This document shows positions 1 through 13,389 of a stretch of 64,000 nucleotides of DNA, piece by piece. Where the stretch lies: the NCBI GenBank assembly GCA_951406725.2, contig OX597826.1, positions 14,570,001-14,634,000 of the forward strand, in the 5' to 3' direction. The notes beneath the pieces are model-generated. The model searched no databases. It was not told the origin of the DNA and was given only the letters and a program-made list of their open reading frames with translations. The position numbers and the translations under genes are program-made. Each line of letters begins with the position of its first letter. Within the stretch, counting starts at the first letter, position 1. This DNA is from Octopus vulgaris. Lineage: Eukaryota.

Positions 1-324
1 AACCCACATTCCTTCGTTAACACGCTTACCGGTTACTCAAGCGAGCCAAATTACTCGCCTTATTTAAATTTAATGACTATATTAACTCGTTGTTGTTGTT
101 GTAAACAAACTTTGTATGCTTTCGGTGCGAATTATTTTGCTAAGCGGTGTCGAGTTTTACAATTCTAATAATGATAATTTTAATAATAATAATTTTAATT
201 TTATAAGCTTAAAGCTTATAGCGATCACCATGCAAATGACTAAGGAAGATAATCAGGCATATAAACCCTTGACAGAAAAAATGTAAGCTTTCCTGTACGC
301 GTCGGACTCGAACTCACATCCCTT

Positions 325-370
325 TTACTTGTTTCATTCATTTGACTGCGGCTATGCTGGAGCACCGCTT
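325..370 (-). mobile_element. 3' tail fragment of tRNA-derived SINE (family A)
   Basis: ttttacttgtttcattcatttgactgcggctatgctggagcaccgc nearly matches 34382-34428, the tail of a full minus-strand copy. Confidence 0.75.
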
Positions 371-382
371 TATATATCTATA

Positions 383-437
<55 letters not shown>

Positions 438-444
438 ATATGTA

Positions 445-488
<44 letters not shown>

Positions 489-603
489 TATATATGAATA
501 TATATATACACGCACATGTATGTATATGCGTATATACATTTGTGAACTTCGACATATACAGGTACATAAATACATATACATACATACATACATACATACA
601 AAA

Positions 604-647
<44 letters not shown>

Positions 648-681
648 GGTATAATGTGTGTATGTCTGCGTGCATGTGTGT

Positions 682-743
<62 letters not shown>
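371..743. repeat. Compound (TA)n/(TACA)n/(TG)n microsatellite
   Basis: Direct inspection. Confidence 0.95.
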
Positions 744-748
<5 letters not shown>

Positions 749-849
749 GTTTGTTTTATTAAATTCTTCCGCTTTCTTCCTCGCTAACAGGCAAATATAT
801 TCCCATCAATTTGGCCATTTCTGTCACTATTCACTGACTTATTGTTTTT

Positions 850-1780
850 AATAACCGCTACTCCCGTATTGAATAACTTTGTCTTACAAGGTGAATTGTG
901 ATGTAGGACCAGTTCACCATTTCATGTCACCTCTCTCGTAGCTTCCAAGCCACTAAATGATTTATTTATTAATATTGTAGTACACTCGTTTATAATAATA
1001 ACGAAGTGACACTGTTAAGTCTTTCTGTGCCCGCCACCCTGATTTCACTCGATTATTTTACAAACATCCCGTTCTCTAGCTATAAGTATTATATCCACTT
1101 CGCCAATATATAGCATTAAATAACTTTATCCGACAATATTGCATCGTTCTTGACATATTTACACCTTTAATAATCTCCAGCGACCGCATTAACCAAATTT
1201 ACTTACCACACACTTCCTCACTATCTCTTGCTTCTGACAGAGATTTTCCTGTCATTTTTCACAAATTTACCTCTTTGTTCAATAAATGAAACTGACCATA
1301 AGAAATATTATGTCAAAATTTTTACACTACCTTAAAATGTATCTCTCAAATGCTTATATGTTATACTAACTAAAGCTAATAGTGGCCATAAGCATTTTGT
1401 ATTTCATGATAAAACATGGTTATTAGAGCAGAAGTTTAGCAGTATCATTCTCATTACACCAGTAAAGTTACTCTGATCATTATTTTCTTCCCTACTTTCT
1501 GAGGTTTGCATAATCGTAGCGTTGACAATATTAGTGATATTATATAAGAAATCAATACAGGTGAAATAACTTTGAACTAGCAGTTTTCTGGACTTGAAGA
1601 ACGACAATAAAAAATGACAGATTTTAGCAATATATGCTGCGAATGTTCATATGTTTAATCGTTGACGAATACGCAGCAGAGATATTTGTATATATGTTGT
1701 TAAAAAGCGTCCAGCTTTCTAGTCATAACATTTTACCAAGATTTCTCTATATTACCCAATAACTTACTTGCATTTTATAT
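850..1780 (+). pseudogene. Heavily decayed Penelope-like RT/GIY-YIG remnant
   Basis: Frameshifted translation near 1035-1095 gives TLISLD..FTNIP..LAISII (PLE RT motif A-like); KNMVIRAE near 1410 resembles the PLE thumb region; many stops. Confidence 0.4.
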
Positions 1781-1817
1781 GGAAAAGTACTATCTCTAAT
1801 CATGACATAAATCTTGA

Positions 1818-2095
1818 TATATATGTGTGTGTGTGTGTGTGCGTGTGTGTGTGTGTGTGTGTGTGCGTGCGTGTGTGCATATACACACTTACAAACGCAT
1901 ATATGTATATGAGTGTGTATATATGTATGTGTATATATAAATATGTGTGTATTATGTGCATATATATGTATATATATATATATATATGTATATACACATA
2001 CATACATATACATATATATCATGTTATCATACATATATATATATATACATATGCATACACACACACACATATATATATATGCATATATATATATG

Positions 2096-2146
<51 letters not shown>
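1818..2146. repeat. (TG)n/(TA)n microsatellite
   Basis: Direct inspection. Confidence 0.95.
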
Positions 2147-2150
<4 letters not shown>

Positions 2151-2409
2151 AAGGACGACAATGGAATAGGCAGTTAAGTTATGAACTTCATTAGCTTACA
2201 GCTGTTTCTGCTACGATATGCAATAGTCTTATAGGAGATATTAAGACGCATACATACATGCATATACACACGTATGCGCGCACATACATACACACACATT
2301 ATACATACATAAATACATGGTGAATAATATTTTACGCCTGTTCTATTTATAATACAACTATTTTTAATTTTGTGCATTTTATCGACATCTGTATTTATAT
2401 TTTCTTGTG

Positions 2410-2608
2410 TGACGTTCTTGCAGTTTCGGTAGAGACCGCGCCTGTTGGGAGAGCGTGCGCGAGCTCAGCGCCGACTAGCGGTCGCTTATACAAGACTCGC
2501 TCATACTGCGGATTTCTGCTCGCAGTTCAAGACAAAAGTTCGCACAAACCGCGGCTCGCACAGCAAATCACTCGCACAATGCGGCACTCGTACTGCGAGG
2601 TTCTACTG
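2410..2608. mobile_element. Single terminus of a pogo/Tigger-like DNA transposon
   Basis: Reverse complement reads TA|CAGTAGAACCTCG, a Tigger-type TIR start, followed by repeated ctcgcaca/ctcgtact subterminal motifs; second end not seen. Confidence 0.5.
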
Positions 2609-2827
2609 TATTTGTAAATATGTAGATATGTATGTATATACAAACACACACACACACATACATATTGTCATTCTATACTGCCTGTATACGTTTATATTTT
2701 ATGCATGTGCGTATACGTATATACATGTGCGCGCGCATGTGCGTGCATGTGTATTTCTGTGAGTGAGTGTGTGTGTGTGTGCGTGCACAGATGGACATGT
2801 ATATATGTGTGTGTCTGCATGCTTATA

Positions 2828-2985
2828 TAGTCTAGTGGTGAGGCTGTCGCACTCAATATCATTAGATCACAAGACTGTGGTTTCGATTCTCAGACAGGCT
2901 CTTGAGTAAAACACTTTAGTTTACGCTGCTCCCGCCCAATCAGCTGTAAATGAGAATCCCTGCTGCGGACTATGTCCCGTTTAGT
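2828..2985 (+). mobile_element. Degenerate tRNA-headed SINE (family C)
   Basis: tagtggt...gtttcgattctc A/B-box-like head then cttgagtaaaacacttta; similar to 30780-30930 and 54518-54840. Confidence 0.5.
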
Positions 2986-3058
2986 ATGGGCTTCGAAACA
3001 ACGCGATAGGCTTATGTACCTGTACATATAATAAGTCGCACTCAGTTCTGCTAGAAAA

Positions 3059-3146
3059 AGGAGAAGAAGAAGAAGAAGAAGGAGAAGAAGAAGAAGAAGA
3101 AGAAGAAGAAGAAGAAGAAGAAGGAGAAGAAGAAGGAGAAGAAGGA

Positions 3147-3207
<61 letters not shown>

Positions 3208-3376
3208 AAGAAGAAGAAGAAGAAGAAGAAGAAGAAGAAGAAGAAGAAGAAGAAGAAGAAGGAGAAGAAGAAGAAGGAAGAAGGAGAAGAAGAAGAAGAA
3301 GAAGGAGAAGAAGAAGAAGAAGAAGAAGAAGAAGAAGAAGAAGAAGGAGAAGAAGAAGCAGGAAGAGTAGAAGAAT

Positions 3377-3407
<31 letters not shown>

Positions 3408-3520
3408 AGAAAAAGGGAAGAAGAAGCAGAAAAAGAAGGAGAAAAAGAGGAGGAGAAGAAGAAGAAGAAGAAGAAGAAGAAGAAGAAGAAGAAGAAGAAG
3501 AAGAAGAAGAAGAAGGAGAA
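3059..3520. repeat. (GAA)n microsatellite with internal (TAA)n
   Basis: Direct inspection. Confidence 0.95.
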
Positions 3521-3874
3521 ACATCTACGTATCACTTTCTAGTTTGTTTTATGAGTTTTGGTTACGTCGCTGCAGATTAAGGATTAGGATTGTCCTGGTT
3601 TTAGTTATCGGATAGATCATCCTTTTGAGAGTTAGTCCCGGCAGCAGGTTTTTCGACCCCACTCTGGTTCCCCTATGGGTAATGCAGGCAGCACTAGTTG
3701 TTCGGACAACGACCGATCCAGTCGGGGATTTGGCTTCTTGTCATTAAAATATTGACGGTGACATTAGAAGACAGTTCTGCTTGTTCAGAGTAAACATTTT
3801 GACAGACCACCACCTCCGAGTTCTTTGAATGGATATGTTTCTCATATCGTAATCATATGTGACTTTTAGGTCGA

Positions 3875-3914
<40 letters not shown>

Positions 3915-4419
3915 TTTTTGACAGATACATTTCCGGGCATAATTATTTAGTGATGGTTTAAACTCAGGCTAACTTTCTTTTTGTGTTCGTTCGTGAAAAA
4001 TCGCATTGTTTTTGTTTAGCTTTGCTTCGCTCGTGACACTTGCTTTTTTGCTCATGCGTGCCTCTGTGTGTGCGTGTGTCGTGCGTCGTGTAAGCATTAT
4101 TTATGTTGTTTATAAATGTGTACATGTATGCATAAACAGTTGCATGCATACGATATTAATTAATTTACGTTCTTTCTGTGCATTTGGTGTGTTTTTGCAG
4201 AGTTCCTAATGTGGGTTTCGATTTTTTGCACACGTCACATTGAGATATCGTGCATAAAGAAAAGAGAATTTACACTTTATATAACAATTATCTTTAAGAT
4301 TTTTTAGTTACTTTGCTTTAAAAGAACTTTTCCCCGCAGAAGTTTTCCTTCTGTTGCACCTATGTTGCTGCGTTAAATAACGCCCATGCAGTTATTTTGC
4401 CGGGAGCTGTTCCTTCTGC

Positions 4420-4652
<233 letters not shown>

Positions 4653-5123
4653 GAGTGAGAGAGCAGTTCATGCCATCAAAGTGACACTGGGGTAAAATAT
4701 ACGAAGCCCAATATACCCATCATGACTACCCGTCTGATAAAGGTACACCAGGCACATGCATCACAACCATATGTGCGCGGCATGGTGATCTCATATCAAG
4801 ATAAACAGCACATGACCTTGCAGGTGGGGCCCAGTTAGAATTTTCTTCAGGTTGAGTAGCCCATCCCGCTCAAACGGTCCCTGAATAAGGGTTGCTTTAG
4901 GATGTTGAAAGAACCACCCATGTTTCCAGAGGTGAACTATTCAAACCCCAAAGAATCCCTATCAACACATGGTTATGATGCTCCTCCACGACTTCTGCTC
5001 GTGATCAGAGATGCACATATCGTCTGCCACTAAGGGACATGCTCAACTGGTTAAGGTCAAACAACTGACAAGCAAATCTGTGGTATTGAGCAGAATATTT
5101 GCTGTAGCCCATCTTTTATACCA
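4653..5123 (-). mobile_element. ~470-bp non-coding interspersed element embedded in an (ATT)n tract
   Basis: Complex sequence with sharp boundaries and (ATT)n on both sides; resembles an abundant octopus repeat from memory; strand inferred from an AAT tail. Confidence 0.55.
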
Positions 5124-5420
<297 letters not shown>

Positions 5421-5421
<1 letters not shown>

Positions 5422-5836
5422 TTGGTTTGGCTCAGGTTCGGTCTTATACCTGATAGGAATTATGTGGATAGCGAGTTACTACTTTCAACCTTAGGTGCCC
5501 ACAAATTTTCAGTGGTCTTTCAAGTGCTTAGAACCCTCCTGATAACACTTAGAAACAAACTTTCTGTAGTGCATTCTGTTTCAATCTCCTTCGGCCATTT
5601 GTGTATATCTTGGCTTACTGTTCCAAACGCACCAATTATTGTAGGTACGACGCTCTTCCTTTTTTAAATTTTAAGGGATTGTATGTTTTGTTTTGTTTTG
5701 TTTTTCTTCGTCTTTCTTCACGATCTTAGAATCAAACGGGCATGATGGGTCAATAAGTATGCAGCATCACCTTCCTTATCTGTAGCCGTTGTGTCTGGTC
5801 TATTATTTTTTAATTTCTTTTCTGTTTGGATAGGAA
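5421..5836 (-). mobile_element. 3' fragment of RLE-type non-LTR retrotransposon (R4/Dong-like)
   Basis: Minus strand gives FPIQTEKEIKNNRPD...(fs)CILIDPSCPFDSKIVKKDEEK...VVPTIIGAFGTV, a PD-(D/E)xK restriction-like endonuclease; 3' end abuts (AAT)n. Confidence 0.7.
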
Positions 5837-5845
5837 TTATCATCG

Positions 5846-5885
<40 letters not shown>

Positions 5886-6123
5886 TACTTCATTGACGCA
5901 ACTGTCGGAAAACTAAACTTTTAACATCTGGCAACAACATATACAACGTGCATATAATTCCCTTGGCTTAATGAGCAACCGGTTCTTACTTTAATTGTGG
6001 TGAAAGAACAAAATCTTATTTTGTACACAATTTTAAACTATCTTTATTATTATAATGCTAATATACTCGTTAAACCTGTAAAACCCATCTTCTGCATCTT
6101 TTCATCTTTTCTCTCTCTCTCTC

Positions 6124-6189
<66 letters not shown>

Positions 6190-6194
<5 letters not shown>

Positions 6195-6465
6195 GTTGTA
6201 TACTGTCAATATAACAAGAACGTGACAGTAGGGGGTACACCACCGTTGTATAGCCCTAGGAAGCATCGAACGCCTCCTGATGGCTTTGACACATTTTTCC
6301 CTGTGTCCTTATATACATATACGAAGGGGAGACAAACACCCCCGGCTGCCGAAGCTGCATCTAGGGACACGTGTTTCAGGATCGTTGTCCTTCATCGGCC
6401 TAGAGTATACTCTTTTTATATTTTTCATACACCCAACCACGTGCTTTCACACACCAACTCTCTCA

Positions 6466-6467
<2 letters not shown>
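6190..6467 (-). mobile_element. 278-bp non-coding HHR-bearing element between (TA)n tracts (PLE-terminus or retrozyme-like)
   Basis: Flanked both sides by (TA)n; contains HHR motif at 6360-6404. Confidence 0.65.
6360..6404 (-). ncRNA. Minimal type I hammerhead ribozyme (U4C core variant)
   Basis: UCUAGG-CCGAUGA-AGGA caacga UCCU-GAAA-CACGUG-UC-CCUAGA: 6-bp stem I, 4-bp stem II, palindromic stem III, GUC triplet. Confidence 0.8.
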
Positions 6468-6523
<56 letters not shown>

Positions 6524-6524
6524 C

Positions 6525-8685
6525 TCCCTCATATAAACTGGCCCACAAATACTCCGAAGTTAGGCAAATGCTCTACATCAGATAAAGCAGCAGCAGAATT
6601 ACTCTTTAATCTAATGGATAAATTCTTCCTGACTCAGCTAGTGCTCGAACCAACAAGACAGAATAAAACGATCTTGGATCTAATATAAACCAACCACTCC
6701 ACTCTAGCTCTGTTCACAGTATTTCAGTTGAAGAAACTCTCCTCTCAGACCACGACATGATACTCTGCAATTTTAATTCCCGGCATATCAAAACCAAACC
6801 AGCCAATCCTACTTCACGGCACTCATTTGGCAACGTGAACTTCCACAACTCGGACTGGGGGAGCAATCAGAAAGGATCTGTCCTTCATCGACTGGTCTTT
6901 CACTCTCAGTTCCACTCTCATTGAGACCGCATGGCAACACTTTGAGAACATTGTCACCTATACATGCTCAAAATACGCTCCTACGAAATCCACTAACACA
7001 AACAGAAACCGGCTCCCTAAAAAGAAAAAAAAAACACTCATTAGGCACATAAAAAGACTCAGTAAAAAACAACCATTTAAAATACTCCCACATACAACAT
7101 CCACATTCAACAACAATGAAAAGGCTGGAGTTGGAAAAACTTCATCTGCAGACCAACATGAAAACCTCCATCGAAAATCAAAGAGCTGTGGAGGAACAGT
7201 GGGTAATCAAAACATCAAACAGAACCCAAAAGTGTTTTACTCTTATTCAAATAAGTATAGAACCGCTGTCTCGCCCATTGGACCATTGTTGATGATAACG
7301 GCATTCCTCAACACGATGCTAAAGAAATGGCAGAAATACTGCAGAAACAATACTGCTCTGTCTTTAGTGATCCCACTGATATTGACGTAAGAGAAGCGAA
7401 CGAAGTTGATTCCCAACATAAAATCTCGGATATAACCTTCACTGCCTCCTATCCCAGTCTGTCATCCCGGTTTTCAAACAGGGAAACAGATCCCTTGCAG
7501 TCAACTATCACCCAATTCATTCACGTTCCACATCATTAAAGTGTTTGAAAGAGTGGTAAGATCAAGGATAGATGCCTTCCTGGTGACCCACAAACTTCTA
7601 AATGCAAATCAGCATGGCTTTCGTGGTGGCAGGGACAGTCTAACACAGCTCTTACACCACATTGAATATATACAGGGAACAGGTTCGAACTCTGATGTCA
7701 TATATCTTGACTTCAGTTAAGTCCTCGAGAGGGTTGACCATAATATCTTACTCTAAAAATTGGCAAATAGAATCTGTGGAAAACTTCTACACTGGCGAAT
7801 AGAACACAAGAAGTTGTGGTCGAAGGAGTACACTCAAACCCAGCCAAAAGTCACCAGTGGTGTCCCTCAGAGGACTGTCTTGGGCCCGCTCCTCTTTATA
7901 ATTTAGATAAATGACCTTTCCAGCGTCGTAAATCACTGCAAAGTGAAAATATTTGCTGATGACAATAAGCTCCAGAAAATCATCAATGAAGTGGAAGACC
8001 GAACTCAACTCCAGTCTGATCTATATGCTGTGAGTCAATGGGCAGACAAAAGCAAAATGCAACTGAACGAGGGAAAATTTGAGCTGATGCATTCTGGAAG
8101 TAAGTCTATACTAACACAGTACTCTTCCTTCTGAGGAACCGCTCACGGCATCTAATTATATCAGAGTCCTATGGGTAATTATTGATAATAATTTCAGTTG
8201 GAGTGCCCACATCAACAATAAGGTCGATATAGCTCATAAGATGAGCTCCTGCATCTTAAGAACCTTCCAATCCAGAGAACAAGGTGTCATCATTCAACTT
8301 TTCTCCTCGTTTTGTACGGCCACACGTCGAGTACTACTGCCCCTTGTGGTCCACCCAAAGAAAACGAAACATCTCAAGGATTGAATTACCTCAGAGGGCA
8401 CTTACTAAACGAAGTGAAGGCATAACTGCCCTATTTAACATTGTCCCAAAACTGATTAAAGAGGAAAAGGATCCCATCACCTTTAAATGGACTCTGGATA
8501 GATTTCTTCAAGATAAGCTACCCATACGTGGATGCAACTCACTCAACAATAATTCACTACTTGAATGGTCCATAAACAAAACTTGACTTTAAAAGGGTTT
8601 AAATAATCCTATTGGGTGGTACTATTAAGTTAGACATGACCTGGACCAATCTTTGGTCGAAACATATATAAGTTTTATCTAAGTT
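6525..8685 (+). mobile_element. 5'-truncated decayed CR1/L2-group LINE (end of APE endonuclease + RT)
   Basis: LTQLVLEPTR..ILDL, SDHD, QHGFR, DVIYLDFS, SGVPQRTVLGPLLF, KIFADDNKL, RPHVEYYCPLWS in broken frames; 3' stem-loop gacc-aatcttt-ggtc-gaaac. Confidence 0.85.
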
Positions 8686-8698
8686 ATATATATATATA

Positions 8699-9126
8699 GG
8701 CATAGGAGTGGCTGTGTGGTAAGTAGCTTGTTTACCAACCACATGGTTCCGGGTTCAGTCCCACTGCGTGGCACCTTGGGCAAGTGTCTTCTACTATAGC
8801 CTCGGGTCGACCAAAGCCTTGTGAGTGGATTTGGTAGACGGAAACTGAAAGAAGCCCGTCGTATATATGTATATGTATATATGTGTATGTGTGTGTGTGT
8901 GTGTGTGTGTTTGTGTGTCTGTGTTTGTTCCCCTAGATTGATTGACAACCGATGCTGGTGTGTTTATGTTCCCGTCACTTAGCGGTTCGGCAAAACAGAC
9001 CAATAGAATAAGTACTGGGCTTACAAAGAATAAGTGCCAGGGTCGAGTTGCTTGATTAAAGTCGGTGATCCAGCATGGCCGCAGTCAAATGACTGAAATA
9101 AATAAAAGAGTAAAAGAGTAAAAGAA
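8699..9126 (+). mobile_element. Full-length tRNA-derived SINE (family A)
   Basis: A-box gtggctgtgtggt, B-box gggttcagtccc, internal TA/TG tract, 3' stem-loop cagtcaaatgactg, (taaaagag)n tail; several copies in window. Confidence 0.85.
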
Positions 9127-10170
9127 TATGCAATTATTATATATATATATAATTATCAAATTATATATATATTATTATATATATATATGTATATATATAT
9201 ATACATGTATATATGTATATATATATATACATACACATACGACTGTGCACTTTCACGCACACACACACACACACATATCCTTGGGTTAGACACCAGTAGT
9301 GATGCTGATATCCATTCTTTGTCTGAGCATGCGCGTATGTGTGTGCTTGTGTCTCTCTGTGCCTCACCACTTAATAAACGCTGTTGGTATCTTTGTTCGG
9401 CTAAAAACGTATTTCGATAGCATCAATAATCATAGTTTAAAAGTAAGTTCTTGTACCTGGGTCTATTTGGTGAACTAAATCACTTCAAGCCTCAGCAGCA
9501 GAGTAGCTGCGAGCGTGAAAGAGACACAGGCAGACGGATACAGCAGGAATAAATGCTGAGATTAACTGGAAAAACACAACAAAAAATATCAGTTTTAATT
9601 GTGTTTTTACGTGGGTGAGTGCATATGTTAATGGAGGTGTAGTGGTTTTTTGTTGTCATTTTTTTGTGCTTGTATGATGTTTTTATGCTTATGCGTACAT
9701 TTTGTGCTTGTGCATAAGTGTCTGTATTTTTGCGTACGTATATGCATATGTTTGTCTCTGTTAGTATGTGTGTATATGTGACTGCATTATTGTGTGATTC
9801 CTATGCTGCATGATGGAATTTAATTCCATTGGTTTGGAACATTTACCAACATACGGTAACAGTTGAACGATCGAACAAAGAATTACAATATTTAATGCTA
9901 TTAAGATCAGAAATGCGTTCTGTGACTTAATAGTTGCTCTTATTGATTGATTGTTGATCTTATTAAAACTGATTGGCTTCGATCAATTCGCAATTATCCT
10001 TGTAATCCGATTTAATTCAACCAAATATTTCCTTGCTTCTGGGATTTACGTGACTTCCATTTCACTTTCTCCAAACAATGAGTTGATTCTAACAAATTCT
10101 TCTGTCAGGTAAAATCCTGTTGGTTAACGTTTTGATTCTCATGAGTTCGTCTCTTATTTTCCACATGTAT

Positions 10171-10248
<78 letters not shown>

Positions 10249-10272
10249 TACTGTTTCGCGATGGAAAATGAA

Positions 10273-10311
<39 letters not shown>

Positions 10312-11214
10312 GTTTTCATTTTCCATCATTTTATATATATATACATATATATAAAAGCAAATATGCGTGTATATACACATGTATATATGTATCCATGCAC
10401 ACGCATATACACATATGTGTTGTCTTAATTTGGTATTATTATATCGTGTTATTTATTACATTATTGTTTAAACGTTGTTATTGTGTCTCGTTATTGTTTC
10501 TTTGCCCTTTCACAAATCACGTGGCTTTATATTTTAAATCTCTCAACTTCGTCTTGGCTTTTGCTCCACTATCCTACCGCCCCAATACCACGCAAATTTC
10601 CTGCTGTTGGTTATGAATCCGTTATTTTTATTTAGTGCCTTCTGTAATTTTTTCGAACTTTGTAATATTTTAAACCAAAATCCAGAACGGCATCTGTCCT
10701 ACACAAGAACCACAATCTAAGGACGGGCGTAGGATTTTTCATGTATTAGCTATTTTCCTCACTTTTCTTAGAGCCTTACTTTTTGATATTTTCTGTAAGT
10801 ATGTTGTTCTAACATTTTTCTTCATTCTCTCGTTTTCGTCCTGTTCCTACCCTTCATACGACTCGTATCTCTATCTGTGAAGGGAAAGATTAGAATATCT
10901 ACCCCTAGTGTGTACAGTTTACACTTCATGAGTCGTTTACACTTCATGAGTAGAATTCACTGAGTAGCTAAATGTAAAATAAACGCTCTTACAATATTTA
11001 TTCTTTGGTAGCTGAAAATGTTGCAGGTGAGGCATTAGGGAACTTATGCTGTCTGTGTATGTATATGTGTGAATACATGGGTAAAAACTTTAAATACTAG
11101 CTAGATTATGCGGATCTAAGAAACGTTACTCTATGTGTCAAAATAATTGAGATGTTCAGTCCACAGCTGACGAAGGGTATGTGCCGTAATGCGTACATGG
11201 GTATATACACATAA

Positions 11215-11231
11215 ATGCATATGTGTGTATA

Positions 11232-11292
<61 letters not shown>

Positions 11293-11394
11293 TTATGTGC
11301 GTGTGTGTTTATCTATATGTGTATGTGTGTGCGTATGTTGCGTATGTTTATCTCTATGTATGTGTGTGAGTGTGTGTGTATACGTGTGCGTGTG

Positions 11395-11452
<58 letters not shown>
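11215..11452. repeat. (TA)n/(TG)n microsatellite
   Basis: Direct inspection. Confidence 0.95.
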
Positions 11453-11455
<3 letters not shown>

Positions 11456-11947
11456 ATATTCGGTTGGAGCCTTCTGCTGCGACATAAAGTTTCACGAGTC
11501 TGTATTTGAGAAAAGTCATAAATTCCTTGATTAATTAAGCGAATAAATAGATGTATTGATTAAAAACCAAGAAATACAGCTCGTAAAAATAAATATGTAG
11601 CTAATTTCGTGGCCGACTTATTGACGTTCTGATGGACACACTCCCTGCCGGCCGTTTCCGTCACTCTTGAATGACGTATATACGCGTACGATCACATCAA
11701 TTTAGAGAGTAGGAAACAGGAAGAGTAAGAGAGAGACACAGAGCGAGGCAGAGAGAGGGGGGAAAAATGGGTGGGTGGGTGATACAGAGAGAAAAAGTAT
11801 GTGCATATATTAAACTATTAAACTTAATTTTTAGCCTAGATTAAGACAAAAAAATTAAGGTGATTATTGCAATAAGAGTTATAAATGTTAAAAAAAATTC
11901 TTCAGTATGATCACTCATACATGTGTACGATAGCGTAAAATATCCAA

Positions 11948-12069
11948 ATATATATATATATATATATATATATAAACATGCATATATATATATATATGCA
12001 TGTAGTATATATGTATATAAGTGTGTGTGTATATATATATATAGTGTGTGTATATATATATATATTTAC

Positions 12070-12108
<39 letters not shown>

Positions 12109-12140
12109 TATATATGTATATATGTTTGTAAATATATACA

Positions 12141-12181
<41 letters not shown>

Positions 12182-12218
12182 ATGTATATATATGCGTAAA
12201 TATGTATATATGTAAATA

Positions 12219-12304
<86 letters not shown>

Positions 12305-12325
12305 TACACATATATGTATGTATAT
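11948..12325. repeat. (TA)n-rich microsatellite
   Basis: Direct inspection. Confidence 0.95.
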
Positions 12326-12923
12326 GAAAAGAAACGAAAGAAATATGAATGAGAGGAAATGTTCAAACTTAATTTCACAGCTTGTAATGCATTTCGCATT
12401 AGATTTAGGTAATGGATTAGTGCAATGAGAAAAAATTAGGTTAAACTGGTTAAAAGAAAAAAAAAAGGAAAAGTACAAGTTCGAAAAAGGAAGAGAAGGG
12501 TGAAAGCAAATGAAAGAGATATGTAGAAATCAACAGTCTGTTAATATTTAATGGTTTCTCTATTTTAGCCATTCTCTGTAAATTGAAATCGATGGTGCCG
12601 AAATAGTGTTGGTATCAATTATATCCCAAAATCTTTAATTGTAATATCTAAATTGTATTAGTAAAAAAATACCTTTTTAAACACAATTGTGGGTGGTTTT
12701 CCTCTTTTGTACGTTAATTTTATATTACTTTCCCCATTTCTTATTTTCATCTTCCTTCCTCGTCTTTTTCCGTTTATTTAATTTTTATCTATTTATTTAT
12801 TTGTTTATCTAATATTGTAACCTTGTTTGTCTTCTTTACTGAATCGTTCATAAATAAAGTCATTGAAAATTATAATCTCTAATTTAACTACTATTCTGAT
12901 TCCATCATTAAATTTAGCATAAA

Positions 12924-13389
12924 CAAGCACTATGACCCGGAAACGCCGGGTCATAATGCTAGTTATCTCTAATTTTTATTGTTAAGGTGAAAGTATCTGA
13001 CATAAAATAGAGAAATGTTTTTGTTTCACTTTTAACACGTAATACTGAAATAGTGGAGAAGATATAATATTGCTATGGGCTCGCCCTAGGCAAGAAGTTA
13101 GACATTTTGTTTTGTCCATTAAGCTACAGGGATCCTATGTAAGGCATGTGTAAAATTTGAATGAAATTGGTTGTGTAGTTCTCAAGTTTTAGGGAATCGT
13201 AGTGGAGAAGATATGATATTGCTGTGGGCTCGCCCTAGGCAAAAAGTTAAATTTTTTGCCGATGACACTCCCCGGACCCTAAGTAAGGCATATGTAAAAT
13301 TTGAATGAAATCGGTTGTGTAGTTCTCAAGTTTTAGGGAAACACAGACAGACAGACATACACACATTCTCAGTTTTATATGGAGAGAGA
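12924..13389 (-). mobile_element. Non-autonomous Helitron (Lep1-like architecture)
   Basis: Minus strand starts A|TCTCTCTCCATATAAAAC..(TGTC)n..aaccgatttcattcaaattt; ends with hairpin atgacccgg-cgttt-ccgggtcat then CTTG|T; two internal ~149-bp repeats (13051, 13200). Confidence 0.7.

Noticed and set aside
8630-8672. Stem-loop followed by GAAAC resembling a hammerhead half
   Set aside because: No CUGANGA core or stem I; it is the LINE/SINE 3' stem-loop
8699-8775. tRNA-like sequence
   Set aside because: SINE head with A/B boxes but no complete cloverleaf
10870-10915. ctgtgaaggg..agat..atct..ccc, HHR-like layout
   Set aside because: Core lacks A6 and no GAAA follows
11160-11195. ctgacgaaggg, possible hammerhead core
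   Set aside because: No closing stem II, GAAA or stem I partner before the microsatellite; at best a broken remnant
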